Shown here one piece after another: positions 17,976 to 27,309 of a stretch of 50,552 nucleotides of DNA. The number at the start of each line of letters is the position of its first letter. Position 1 is the first letter of the stretch. This DNA is from Gallionellaceae bacterium (lineage in GTDB: Bacteria > Pseudomonadota > Gammaproteobacteria > Burkholderiales > Gallionellaceae). Where the stretch lies: positions 1 through 50,552 of the forward strand of contig JBGPSQ010000001.1 in the NCBI GenBank assembly GCA_041490205.1, read 5' to 3'. The translations under genes were made by a program, and so were the position numbers. The notes beneath the pieces are model-generated. The model saw only the letters and a program-made list of their open reading frames with translations, was not told the origin of the DNA and searched no databases.

Positions 17976-18625
17976 GGTTGCAACTCCCCGTGCTTGAGCG
18001 ACAGGATGCGCCCGCCGTGGCGGTCCAGGATTTTTTCGTCATGGGTGGCGATCACCAGCGTCGCGCCGACCTGGTGGAACGAATTGAATATGTCCAGAAT
18101 GTCCTGGGCGTATTCGGAATCCAGGTTGCCGGTGGGTTCGTCCGCCAGCATGATGGCCGGCCGGTTGACTATCGCACGGGCGATGCACAAGCGCTGCTGC
18201 TCGCCGCCGGAAAGCGCGATGGGGTTGGCTTTTTCACGTTGCAGCAGCCCCACCTTGTCCAGCGCGGCGCGTGTGCGCCTGGCGCCTTCGCGGTGGTCGA
18301 AGCCGCAGATTTGCAGCGGCAGCATCACGTTGTCGAATGCACTGCGGTCGAACAGCAGCTTGTGGTCCTGGAACACCAGGCCGATATTGCGGCGCAAATA
18401 AGGCAGCGCCGCGCCCTTCAGTGAGCCGATATTCTGCCCTTTCACCACCACGCTGCCGCCGTTCGGGCGTTCGATGGCGGCAATCAGCTTGAGCAGGGTG
18501 CTCTTGCCCGCGCCGGAATGGCCGGTGAGGAAAACCAGTTCGCCCTCGGCGATCTCGAACGAGACACGCTTCAGCGCATCGAAGCCGCCGGGATAGCGCT
18601 TGTTGACCTGGCTGAACTTGATCAT
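17972..18625 (-). CDS. ftsE: Cell-division ABC transporter ATPase FtsE
   Basis: Start at MIKFSQVNKRY. Walker A GHSGAGKST, signature LSGGEQQR, Walker B MLADEPT. Confidence 0.93.
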   Translation of the reverse strand: MIKFSQVNKRYPGGFDALKRVSFEIAEGELVFLTGHSGAGKSTLLKLIAAIERPNGGSVVVKGQNIGSLKGAALPYLRRNIGLVFQDHKLLFDRSAFDNVMLPLQICGFDHREGARRTRAALDKVGLLQREKANPIALSGGEQQRLCIARAIVNRPAIMLADEPTGNLDSEYAQDILDIFNSFHQVGATLVIATHDEKILDRHGGRILSLKHGELQP

Positions 18626-18659
18626 GGGTGCTCCCCAAATGGATTCCTGGCAGCGTTCA

Positions 18660-19613
18660 TCATGCTTCCATTCCGAGCAGGGCGGAGACAAAGTCCTCAG
18701 CCACAAACGGGCGCAGGTCGTCCAGTCCCTCGCCCACGCCGATGAAGCGTACCGGGATAGGGTGTGCCTTGGCGATGGCTGCGATCACGCCGCCCTTGGC
18801 GGTGCCGTCGAGCTTGGTCAGCACCAGGCCAGTCACGCCCAGCGCGGAGTCGAATGCCTTCACCTGCGAGAGTGCGTTCTGCCCGGTGTTGGCGTCCAAA
18901 ACCAGCAGCACTTCGTGCGGAGCGCCGGGCAGGGCCTTGTCGATGACGCGCTTCACCTTCTTGATCTCATCCATCAGGTGCGCCTGGGTGGCCAGCCGCC
19001 CGGCGGTGTCCGCCAGCACCACGTCTATCTTGCGTGCCTGTGCCGCATGCACCGCGTCGAAGATCACGGCGGCAGGGTCGCCGCTCTGCTGCGCGATCAC
19101 AGTCACATTATTACGTTCGCCCCAGGTCATCAATTGTTCGCGCGCGGCGGCGCGGAAAGTGTCGCCCGCCGCCAGCAGCACCGACTTACCCTGTGCCTGG
19201 AAGTGTTTGGCCAGCTTGCCGATGGAGGTGGTCTTGCCCGCGCCATTCACTCCGCACAGCAGGATGATGAAAGGGGTATGCGTCCCGGTTTCCAGGGTGT
19301 GCACCAGCGGCTTGAGCAGCTTGAGCAGGCAATGCGCCAGGGCTTCCTTCACCTGGGCAGCATCGGCCAGGTGCTGCTCCTTCACGCGGTGGCGCAATTC
19401 GGCCATCAGGAAGCGCGTGGCATCCATGCCCGCATCGGCGGTGATGAGGATGGTTTCGAGATCTTCATACAGTTCGTCGTCTATCCTGCCGCCGCGGCCG
19501 AACAAATCGGCAAGCTGGCCGCCGGTGCGAGCCAGGCTGCTTTTCAGGCGGCTGGCCCAGCCGCCCTTTTCGGCAACGCTGGCGTCAGGGATATTTTTCG
19601 GCAAATCAGGCAT
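18660..19613 (-). CDS. ftsY: Signal recognition particle receptor FtsY
   Basis: NG domain motifs GVNGAGKTTSIGK, DTAGRL and TKLDGTAKGG. The start is taken at ATG 19613 (MPDLPKN), because the track ORF begins at a TTG. Confidence 0.9.
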   Translation of the reverse strand: MPDLPKNIPDASVAEKGGWASRLKSSLARTGGQLADLFGRGGRIDDELYEDLETILITADAGMDATRFLMAELRHRVKEQHLADAAQVKEALAHCLLKLLKPLVHTLETGTHTPFIILLCGVNGAGKTTSIGKLAKHFQAQGKSVLLAAGDTFRAAAREQLMTWGERNNVTVIAQQSGDPAAVIFDAVHAAQARKIDVVLADTAGRLATQAHLMDEIKKVKRVIDKALPGAPHEVLLVLDANTGQNALSQVKAFDSALGVTGLVLTKLDGTAKGGVIAAIAKAHPIPVRFIGVGEGLDDLRPFVAEDFVSALLGMEA

Positions 19614-19734
19614 AGAAAACCAAGCGTAAACGCGGTGGCCGAACAGCGGCAAAATAGCGCATAATGCGCGCCGGTTGCGGCGGTATTTATTGAAGCCGCC
19701 ATTCTATTCTGAATAACTGACTTGGGCTAGAAAT

Positions 19735-21120
19735 ATGCGCGCAAGATTATGGAAATGGCTGGCCGCGCCAGTCCTGGTTTTTTCTGCTGTTGCACATGCC
19801 GATCCCGCGCCTGCCGATACTTTCGAGCGGGTGCTGGGCAATGGCTTGAAAGTGGTCGTCAAGGAAGACCATCGCGCGCCCGTGGTGGTGCAGCAAATCT
19901 GGTACCGGGTCGGCAGCATGGACGAGTTGACCGGCAAGACCGGGATCGCGCATGCCCTGGAGCACATGATGTTCAAGGGCACCCGGGATGTTCCGCCGGG
20001 GGAATTTTCGTCGCGTATCGCAGCCGCCGGCGGGCGCGAGAATGCCTTCACCAGCTATGACTACACGGCCTATTTCCAGCAATTGCACAAGTCCCGGCTG
20101 CCGCTGGCGATGCAACTCGAATCCGACCGCATGGAAAACCTGCTGGTGTCGGATGAAGAGTTCGGCAAGGAAATCAAGGTGGTGATGGAAGAGCGGCGCT
20201 GGCGCACCGATGACGATCCGCGATCGCTGTTGCAGGAAGAAATGATGGCGGCGGTCTTCCGGGAGCACCCTTACCATAACCCGGTGATAGGCTGGATGGA
20301 TGACTTGCTGACGCTCAAGGCAGAGGATGTCAGGGATTGGTACAAACGCTGGTACGACCCGAGCAACGCAGTGCTGGTGGTGGCGGGGGACGTCGAGGCC
20401 GGCAAGGTGTTCGATCTGGCGCAGCGTTATTACGGCAAGATCCCGGGGCATATTTTGCCGGCGCGCAGGATATATGAAGAGCCGCCGCAGATCGGCATCA
20501 GGCGGATTGTAGTCAAGGCGCCTGCCGAATTGCCCAGGCTGATCATGGCTTACCGTGCGCCGGTCTTGCGCGATCCTGCGAAGGACTGGGAGCCCTATGC
20601 GCTGGAAGTGCTGGCAGGGATACTCAATGGCAGCGGTGCGGCGCGCCTGGATAAAGCGCTGGTGCGCGAGCAGCGGCTGGCAAGCGATGTCGGCGTGGGT
20701 TACGACTCGACCACGCGCGGCCCCGGCTTGTTCATGCTGGAAGGCACGCCCAGCCGGGGCAAGAGCGTAGCTGGCCTAGAAGCCGGGATCAGGGTGCAAC
20801 TCGCTAGGTTGGCAAAGGATGGCGTGAGCGAGGAAGAACTGAAGCGCGTCAAGGCCCAGGTCACCGCCGCCGAGGTTTATAAGCGCGATTCGGTGTTCTA
20901 CCAGGCGATGCAGATCGGGGAAATGGAAAGCATCGGGCTGTCCTACAAGGACATCCCGGTGGTGCTGGAAAAATTGCGTGCCGTGACCGCGCAACAGGTG
21001 CAGGATGCGGCGCGTGACATATTCAAGGACGACAGCCTGACCGTGGCCGTGCTCGATCCGCAGCCGCTGTCAGGCAAGCCGAGGCATATGATGCCCGGAG
21101 GAGGCGCAAATGTACGTTAA
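19735..21120 (+). CDS. M16-family zinc peptidase, catalytic subunit (signal peptide)
   Basis: Inverted zincin motif HALEHMMFKG (HxxEH) near the N-terminus. 461 aa. Confidence 0.88.
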   Translation: MRARLWKWLAAPVLVFSAVAHADPAPADTFERVLGNGLKVVVKEDHRAPVVVQQIWYRVGSMDELTGKTGIAHALEHMMFKGTRDVPPGEFSSRIAAAGGRENAFTSYDYTAYFQQLHKSRLPLAMQLESDRMENLLVSDEEFGKEIKVVMEERRWRTDDDPRSLLQEEMMAAVFREHPYHNPVIGWMDDLLTLKAEDVRDWYKRWYDPSNAVLVVAGDVEAGKVFDLAQRYYGKIPGHILPARRIYEEPPQIGIRRIVVKAPAELPRLIMAYRAPVLRDPAKDWEPYALEVLAGILNGSGAARLDKALVREQRLASDVGVGYDSTTRGPGLFMLEGTPSRGKSVAGLEAGIRVQLARLAKDGVSEEELKRVKAQVTAAEVYKRDSVFYQAMQIGEMESIGLSYKDIPVVLEKLRAVTAQQVQDAARDIFKDDSLTVAVLDPQPLSGKPRHMMPGGGANVR

Positions 21121-22492
21121 TTCCCCCATGAACATGCGGCTCAGTTTTACGGCAGCATCGCGTGCCCGTTCGATCCTCGCCGGTCTGCTGGCTGTTTTCT
21201 CCCTGTACGGCGCGAATGTGTGTGCCTCGCCGCGCATCCAGCATTGGCAGGCGCCCAGCGGCGCGCAGGTTTATTTTGTGGAGGACCACAGCCTGCCGAT
21301 GCTGGACGTGGCGGTCAATTTCCCGGCGGGCAGTGGCTTCGACAGCGCGGACAAATCCGGTTTGGCCGCGCTTACCCAGGGGATGCTGGATAATGGCGCG
21401 GAGGGACTGAGCGAGGACGATATTTCTCGCAAGCTGGCCGATATAGGCGCCGAACTGGGCGGAAATTTCGACCAGGACCGCGCAGGCGTGAGCCTGCGCA
21501 CGCTGAGCAGCGCAGCCGAGCGCGACCAGGCGCTGGACGTGCTGTCGCGCCTGCTGCAGCACCCCACTTTCCCGGAGAAAATCGTGGCGCGCGAAAAAGA
21601 GCGCACGATTGCGGCGCTGAAAGAGGCCGAGACCAAGCCGGAGTCGATCGCCGAAAAAAACTTCGCCAGGGCGGTGTACGGCAGCCATCCATACGGCCTG
21701 CAGCCGAACGGCGAGGTGGGAACGGTAAGTAAAATCAGACGCGCGGACATCCTGGCGTTTTACCGCGCCCATTATTCCGCCAAATCGGCGGTGGTGGCGC
21801 TGATGGGCGATGCGACGCGCGCCCAGGCCGAGGCCATCGCGCAACAACTGACGGCGCAATTGCCTGCGGACGGCGCCTCGGCTGTTATCCCGCCGGTTGC
21901 CATGCAGATCAAGGGGGGCGAGCAGCGCATCCCACATCCAGCGACACAGAGCCACATCCTGATCGGGGCACCGGGCATCTCGCGCACCGACCCGGATTAT
22001 TTCACGCTGTATGTCGGCAACTATGTCCTCGGCGGCGGCGGCTTCGTCTCGCGTCTGATGGAGGAGGTGCGCGAGAAGCGCGGCATGGCATACAGCATCT
22101 ACAGCTACTTCATGCCACTGCAGCAGCCAGGCGCGTTCCAGATCGGGCTGCAAACCAAAAAAGAGCAGGCCGATGAGGCGCTGGGCATGGTACGCGTGAC
22201 CCTGGGCCGGTTCATCCAGGAAGGGCCGAGCGAGAAGGAACTGCAGGCGGCCAAGGACAACATCGTGGGCGGCTTTCCGCTGCGTGTGGACAGCAACCGG
22301 AAAATACTGGAGTATCTTTCCGTGATCGGCTACTACGGATTGCCGCTGACCTACCTGGACGATTTCACCGGCAAGGTGGAAAAAGTAACCGTTGCGCAGA
22401 TACGCGATGCCTTCATGCGGCGGGTAAACCCGGATGCGCTGGCGACGGTGATGGTCGGCGCGCCTGAGGGTAAAACTAAAGAAGCAAAGTAG
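21110..22492 (+). CDS. M16-family peptidase, non-catalytic partner subunit
   Basis: Paralogous M16 fold, but the HxxEH position reads GLAALTQGML, with no metal ligands. SD GGAGGAGG lies 5 nt upstream of ATG 21110. It overlaps the upstream gene by 11 nt. Confidence 0.85.
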   Translation: MYVNSPMNMRLSFTAASRARSILAGLLAVFSLYGANVCASPRIQHWQAPSGAQVYFVEDHSLPMLDVAVNFPAGSGFDSADKSGLAALTQGMLDNGAEGLSEDDISRKLADIGAELGGNFDQDRAGVSLRTLSSAAERDQALDVLSRLLQHPTFPEKIVAREKERTIAALKEAETKPESIAEKNFARAVYGSHPYGLQPNGEVGTVSKIRRADILAFYRAHYSAKSAVVALMGDATRAQAEAIAQQLTAQLPADGASAVIPPVAMQIKGGEQRIPHPATQSHILIGAPGISRTDPDYFTLYVGNYVLGGGGFVSRLMEEVREKRGMAYSIYSYFMPLQQPGAFQIGLQTKKEQADEALGMVRVTLGRFIQEGPSEKELQAAKDNIVGGFPLRVDSNRKILEYLSVIGYYGLPLTYLDDFTGKVEKVTVAQIRDAFMRRVNPDALATVMVGAPEGKTKEAK

Positions 22493-22506
22493 AAGCTAAA
22501 AAACTT

Positions 22507-22638
22507 TAGCCACGGATTAACACGGATAGACACTGATAAAACCGGATTGAAAACGTCAGCAATGCGCCATGGGAAATCGGAAAGAAGGCACGACGCACTT
22601 GTTTATTATCTGTGAACACTGGTGTCAATCCGTGGCTA
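22507..22638. repeat. 132-bp element bounded by 17-nt inverted repeats, with internal 10-bp-phased CACGGAT repeats
   Basis: TAGCCACGGATTAACAC (22507-22523) against GTGTCAATCCGTGGCTA (22622-22638) matches at 16 of 17 positions as an inverted repeat. Four consecutive 10-mers follow: CACGGATTAA, CACGGATAGA, CACTGATAAA, ACCGGATTGA (22511-22550). Confidence 0.6.
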
Positions 22639-22663
22639 GTCAAGGAGTTATGGTATAAACAAG

Positions 22664-23691
<1,028 letters not shown>

Positions 23692-23699
23692 AATTGTAA

Positions 23700-23972
<273 letters not shown>

Positions 23973-24027
23973 CTACGCAGGTTGCCTGCGCCCTGCAATC
24001 TTTCGGGATTTGATCAGGAAGGCGTGT

Positions 24028-24066
24028 AGCCCCCTTGTGACTTTGTCACAAGGGGGCTTGTTTTTG
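24028..24066 (+). terminator. Strong rho-independent terminator after the ferredoxin gene
   Basis: AGCCCCCTTGTGAC (24028-24041) pairs perfectly with GTCACAAGGGGGCT (24045-24058) around a 3-nt loop, followed by TGTTTTT. Confidence 0.8.
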
Positions 24067-24133
24067 GGCGCTCAAGCCAGGATCCGATCGCAAATTTGCG
24101 TATAGCATGAAATGGCGAGCGAATCGCCGCAAA

Positions 24134-24184
24134 ATATCTAGTGCTGCACAGATATTTATCTAGTCAGGCGTACCTCATATCTAG
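24134..24184 (+). promoter_or_regulatory. Three direct repeats (A/T)TATCTAG spaced 21-22 bp apart, upstream of the acyl-carrier cassette
   Basis: ATATCTAG (24134-24141), TTATCTAG (24156-24163) and ATATCTAG (24177-24184), in an AT-rich stretch 140-190 nt upstream of the ACP start. Confidence 0.3.
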
Positions 24185-24320
24185 ACTGATCGGCATATTG
24201 CTATTTTATGAGTAGGGTTTATCCTGCCGCAGCTTAACATTACGTTAAAACGAGCTGACGAAGCCGGGAACGTGGTATTCGGCATGCAGCTATATTTGTC
24301 AAAGACATCAGGGGGAAATC

Positions 24321-24599
24321 TTGGAACACATTGATCAATACATCCGCACAACTTTTGCTTCCAGCGTCGGGATGAAGGAGGAAGAAATTTTCGGCGAGAA
24401 CCTGACGCTGGCGCAGATCATGGCGCGCTCCGGCAAATTGCACAACAGCATCGATCTCATGGAAGCATTTGCGCGTACCGCAAACGGCCTGAAAAAAGAG
24501 CACGGGGTGAAAGTGCGCCTTCCCGCATTTCCCCTGGATACACGCATCTCGGAGGTGCTGGCATCGTTCATGTCCGAGGTGGAAAAGGTCGCCGCTTGA
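24321..24599 (+). CDS. Acyl carrier protein-like (phosphopantetheine attachment site)
   Basis: 92 aa with a TTG start preceded by GGGGGA. ..GKLHNSIDLMEAFART.. resembles the (D/N)S(L/I)D..E Ppant-serine motif at the start of helix 2. It lies in a cassette with a PPTase and an acyl-AMP ligase. Confidence 0.65.
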   Translation: MEHIDQYIRTTFASSVGMKEEEIFGENLTLAQIMARSGKLHNSIDLMEAFARTANGLKKEHGVKVRLPAFPLDTRISEVLASFMSEVEKVAA

Positions 24600-24658
24600 A
24601 CCAACAAGCCAGAGTCGAACGCATTTAATCAACAACAACCAATACTGGGGAGCCAGCC

Positions 24659-25567
24659 ATGGCGCATACCGATAATCTACTTGAAAAAGGGGAAATTATC
24701 CCCGACCTGTACGACGCGTTTTCAAAGAAGAACATATCCTTGATAGACGTAACATGGAAGCAGCACAAATTTCATGAGCAGCGGCGCTGGAGCGCGGTGG
24801 AACTGCTGAGAGGGGTCAATTTCGATAAATTGTCCAAGGTGGACATGGTATGTCTCTGGAACGCAGGCAAGGCCGAGTTGACCACCAAGCCGGGCGCCGA
24901 CAGGCTTGCGCGCGTTGCCGATGCCGAGTGCAGGCGCTGGCTCAAGACCGATCCGAGCCTTGCCGCGTGCATGCAGGCTTGCGGCACCTGGAGCCGCTAC
25001 TGGAACGAGGAAGAAGCCTACCACGAGAATATCTTCAACATGATGGCGGAACGGCTGGGAATGGAACGTATCTCCGACGATACGTTCATTGAATACCGCA
25101 AGGTATTCCCCGGTGACAACGCGCTGCGCACCATGTTCTTGCTGGTGACTTCAGAAATTATCGCGACGGTCAATTATTTGCGCTGTGCGGCAGTCACGGA
25201 AGAACCCGGCATGCAAGCAATCTTCAAACAGGTTGCCGCAGACGAGGCGCAGCATATGCGCTATTTCATCTCGTTCGCCAAGGCGCTGGTGGACAGCGGG
25301 AAATACTCCGCGAAAGATGCCTTTGCGATCGCGCATCTGTTTCTGCGCGATGACGGTGAATTGCAGGGGAGCTTGAGGGAACGCACAGAAACCCGCGAGA
25401 CCCATGTCAATTGGTGGGACCATGTGGAGACAGGCGACATCGTCCGCCCGGATGACGTAGAAGGCAAGCACAAGATGATTTTCAGCGCGCTTGAGAAAGT
25501 CACCGGCATACGCGTAGGCAGTGTCACCGAAGTCGAAGAAACGTGGATGGATTTGGTCGCTGCCTGA
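24659..25567 (+). CDS. Soluble ferritin-like di-iron carboxylate oxidase (acyl-ACP desaturase-like)
   Basis: 302 aa. Two ExxH motifs, WNEEEAYHENIF and AADEAQHMRYF, are each preceded by a helix carrying a Glu (GKAELT, VTSEIIA). This is the four-helix-bundle di-iron ligand pattern E / ExxH / E / ExxH. SD GGGGAG. Confidence 0.7.
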   Translation: MAHTDNLLEKGEIIPDLYDAFSKKNISLIDVTWKQHKFHEQRRWSAVELLRGVNFDKLSKVDMVCLWNAGKAELTTKPGADRLARVADAECRRWLKTDPSLAACMQACGTWSRYWNEEEAYHENIFNMMAERLGMERISDDTFIEYRKVFPGDNALRTMFLLVTSEIIATVNYLRCAAVTEEPGMQAIFKQVAADEAQHMRYFISFAKALVDSGKYSAKDAFAIAHLFLRDDGELQGSLRERTETRETHVNWWDHVETGDIVRPDDVEGKHKMIFSALEKVTGIRVGSVTEVEETWMDLVAA

Positions 25568-25932
25568 TGATTTCCATCGGCATAGACCTCCAGTCCATTG
25601 ACGAGTTTGCCGCGGCAAGCGGCTTGCTTGAATCCGGCCTGTGCTTCACCGAGGGTGAGCGGGCGCACGCAGAGCAAGCGGCTTCCGGGGCCATTTCCTC
25701 CCTGGCGGGAATATTCGCCGCCAAGGAGGCGATGCTGAAGGCGCTGCCCATGAGGCCGCCGTGTTACTGGGACGAAATCGAGGTGGATCACGAAGCGAGC
25801 GGACGCCCCAGGTACCGGTTCCACGGCGCGCTTGCGCAGTGGCTCAAGGGCCAGCAATGGACCGTGACGCCGTCTATTTCGCACAGCGGCGGCTACGCGT
25901 TGGCGGTTGCCGTGGTGGGCCGCGAAAAATGA
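25567..25932 (+). CDS. AcpS-type 4'-phosphopantetheinyl transferase
   Basis: 121 aa. MISIGIDLQSI.. and ..FAAKEAMLKAL..ISHSGGYALAVAV match the holo-ACP synthase pattern. The ATG shares 1 nt with the upstream TGA. Confidence 0.8.
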   Translation: MISIGIDLQSIDEFAAASGLLESGLCFTEGERAHAEQAASGAISSLAGIFAAKEAMLKALPMRPPCYWDEIEVDHEASGRPRYRFHGALAQWLKGQQWTVTPSISHSGGYALAVAVVGREK

Positions 25933-26366
25933 GTGGATTCTGCAAAACCGTGACGCAACTGCCGGTGCGTCCCGGCGATCTCGACAGCGTCGGCCATGTC
26001 AACAATGCACGCGTCCTTGAATTTCTGGAACATGGCCGCTGGGATTGGCTGCGCAAAAACAACCTCGGTCGCGGGACCCGCGTCATTCCCGTAGTCGTGC
26101 GCATAGAGGCCGACTACCGGGCAGAGATTCCATGGGGCGACGTACGTGTTGAATCCGATATGGCGCAGGATGAAGACCTGACCTTTAAGGCAATATTCAA
26201 CCAGTTTATTTACGTGGGTTCGTCGCATGAACCAGCCGTTAAGGCGGTGGTGCATGTTGCCTTTATAGCCGCCAGCGAGCGCAGTGTTTGCACAGTGGCG
26301 GATTTCATCGACGACGCCAGTATCGGTGCTGAACAGCGAAATTTCCGTGCAACGAATGTCAGTTGA
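25929..26366 (+). CDS. Hotdog-fold (4HBT/YbgC-like) thioesterase
   Basis: 145 aa. ..RPGDLDSVGHVNNARVLEFLEHGRWDWL.. is the typical 4HBT N-terminal motif with the catalytic Asp. ATGA overlap with the PPTase gene. Confidence 0.75.
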   Translation: MSGFCKTVTQLPVRPGDLDSVGHVNNARVLEFLEHGRWDWLRKNNLGRGTRVIPVVVRIEADYRAEIPWGDVRVESDMAQDEDLTFKAIFNQFIYVGSSHEPAVKAVVHVAFIAASERSVCTVADFIDDASIGAEQRNFRATNVS

Positions 26367-26373
26367 GGATGCC

Positions 26374-27309
26374 ATGCCAGACGCGACTCCCCTAGAATTT
26401 CCAGACAGCCTTGAATGGGTCTCCACTCCGGATGGGCATCAGTTATCGCTCCGCATCATCGGGCAAGGCGAAGTCGCGCGTACGCGCGCCGCTGTGCTTT
26501 GCTTGCACGGAATCTTCTCGGACGGCCGGTTCTTCCTGAACACCAGGCAACAGGGTCCTGCCAGCGCATTTCTGAAGCGGGGCTGCCAGGTGTACGTTGG
26601 GGAATTGCGCGGCCATGGGCGCAGCAAATGGCCGACGTCGTCCCGCAAATGGAACTGGAGCTTCGACGAATACGTGAGTCAGGATATTCCCGCACTGATA
26701 AATGCGGTGGCCGAACGGCATAAAGGACCTCTGTTTGTGCTGGCGCACAGCATGGGCGGATATGCCTTGCTTGCGTCCCTGGGGCTGGACCCGGAGTTGC
26801 ACGCCAAAGTATCAGGCGTCTGCCTGGCAGCCTCGGCGGTCAATGACTATACGGAGATGGGCCTGCGCAAGCGCTTGCTGTTCCATTTCGCTTCCGGCCT
26901 GGGTGGGGTGCTCGGTTACTTTCCAGCCCGGCGCCTTCGCCTCGGCGTAGCCGATGAACCGGCGGCCCTGATGGCGCAGTTCGCCAAGTGGGCCCCGGAG
27001 CGGAGGTTTTCGAGCATGAATGGCAATGTGGATTACTGGCAATGTCTGCGCCGCGTCACGCTTCCGGTGTGGGCAGGGGTCGGCACGGCGGACAGGTTCC
27101 ATGCATCGGTGAACAGGGGCATGGCGCTTGTTGACAGACTTGGTTCCACGGACAAGCAATTCGTCGAGCTAGGGACAAAATCCGGCTTTTCGCGGGAGTT
27201 CGATCATGCAGGCGTCCTGCGCGGCGCAGCCGCAGAACAAGAGGTCTTACCTCAAATGGCGGCATGGATAGAAGCGAGAGCGGCTGCCCACGAGGGAAAA
27301 CGTGATTGA
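26374..27309 (+). CDS. Alpha/beta-fold hydrolase or acyltransferase
   Basis: Oxyanion HG (CLHGIFSDG), nucleophile elbow AHSMGG, and a C-terminal ..FDHAGVL.. His. SD GAGGA lies 4 nt upstream of ATG 26374. Confidence 0.75.
   Translation: MPDATPLEFPDSLEWVSTPDGHQLSLRIIGQGEVARTRAAVLCLHGIFSDGRFFLNTRQQGPASAFLKRGCQVYVGELRGHGRSKWPTSSRKWNWSFDEYVSQDIPALINAVAERHKGPLFVLAHSMGGYALLASLGLDPELHAKVSGVCLAASAVNDYTEMGLRKRLLFHFASGLGGVLGYFPARRLRLGVADEPAALMAQFAKWAPERRFSSMNGNVDYWQCLRRVTLPVWAGVGTADRFHASVNRGMALVDRLGSTDKQFVELGTKSGFSREFDHAGVLRGAAAEQEVLPQMAAWIEARAAAHEGKRD

Noticed and set aside
24037-24050. TGTGAC-ttt-GTCACA palindrome resembling a CRP site.
   Set aside because: The spacing is wrong for CRP (TGTGA-N6-TCACA), and it is simply the top of the ferredoxin terminator stem.
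24240-24638. A 132-aa minus-strand ORF covering the ACP-like gene.
   Set aside because: It is antisense to an ORF that has an SD, a Ppant-serine-like motif and operon context. Its own translation has no recognisable features.
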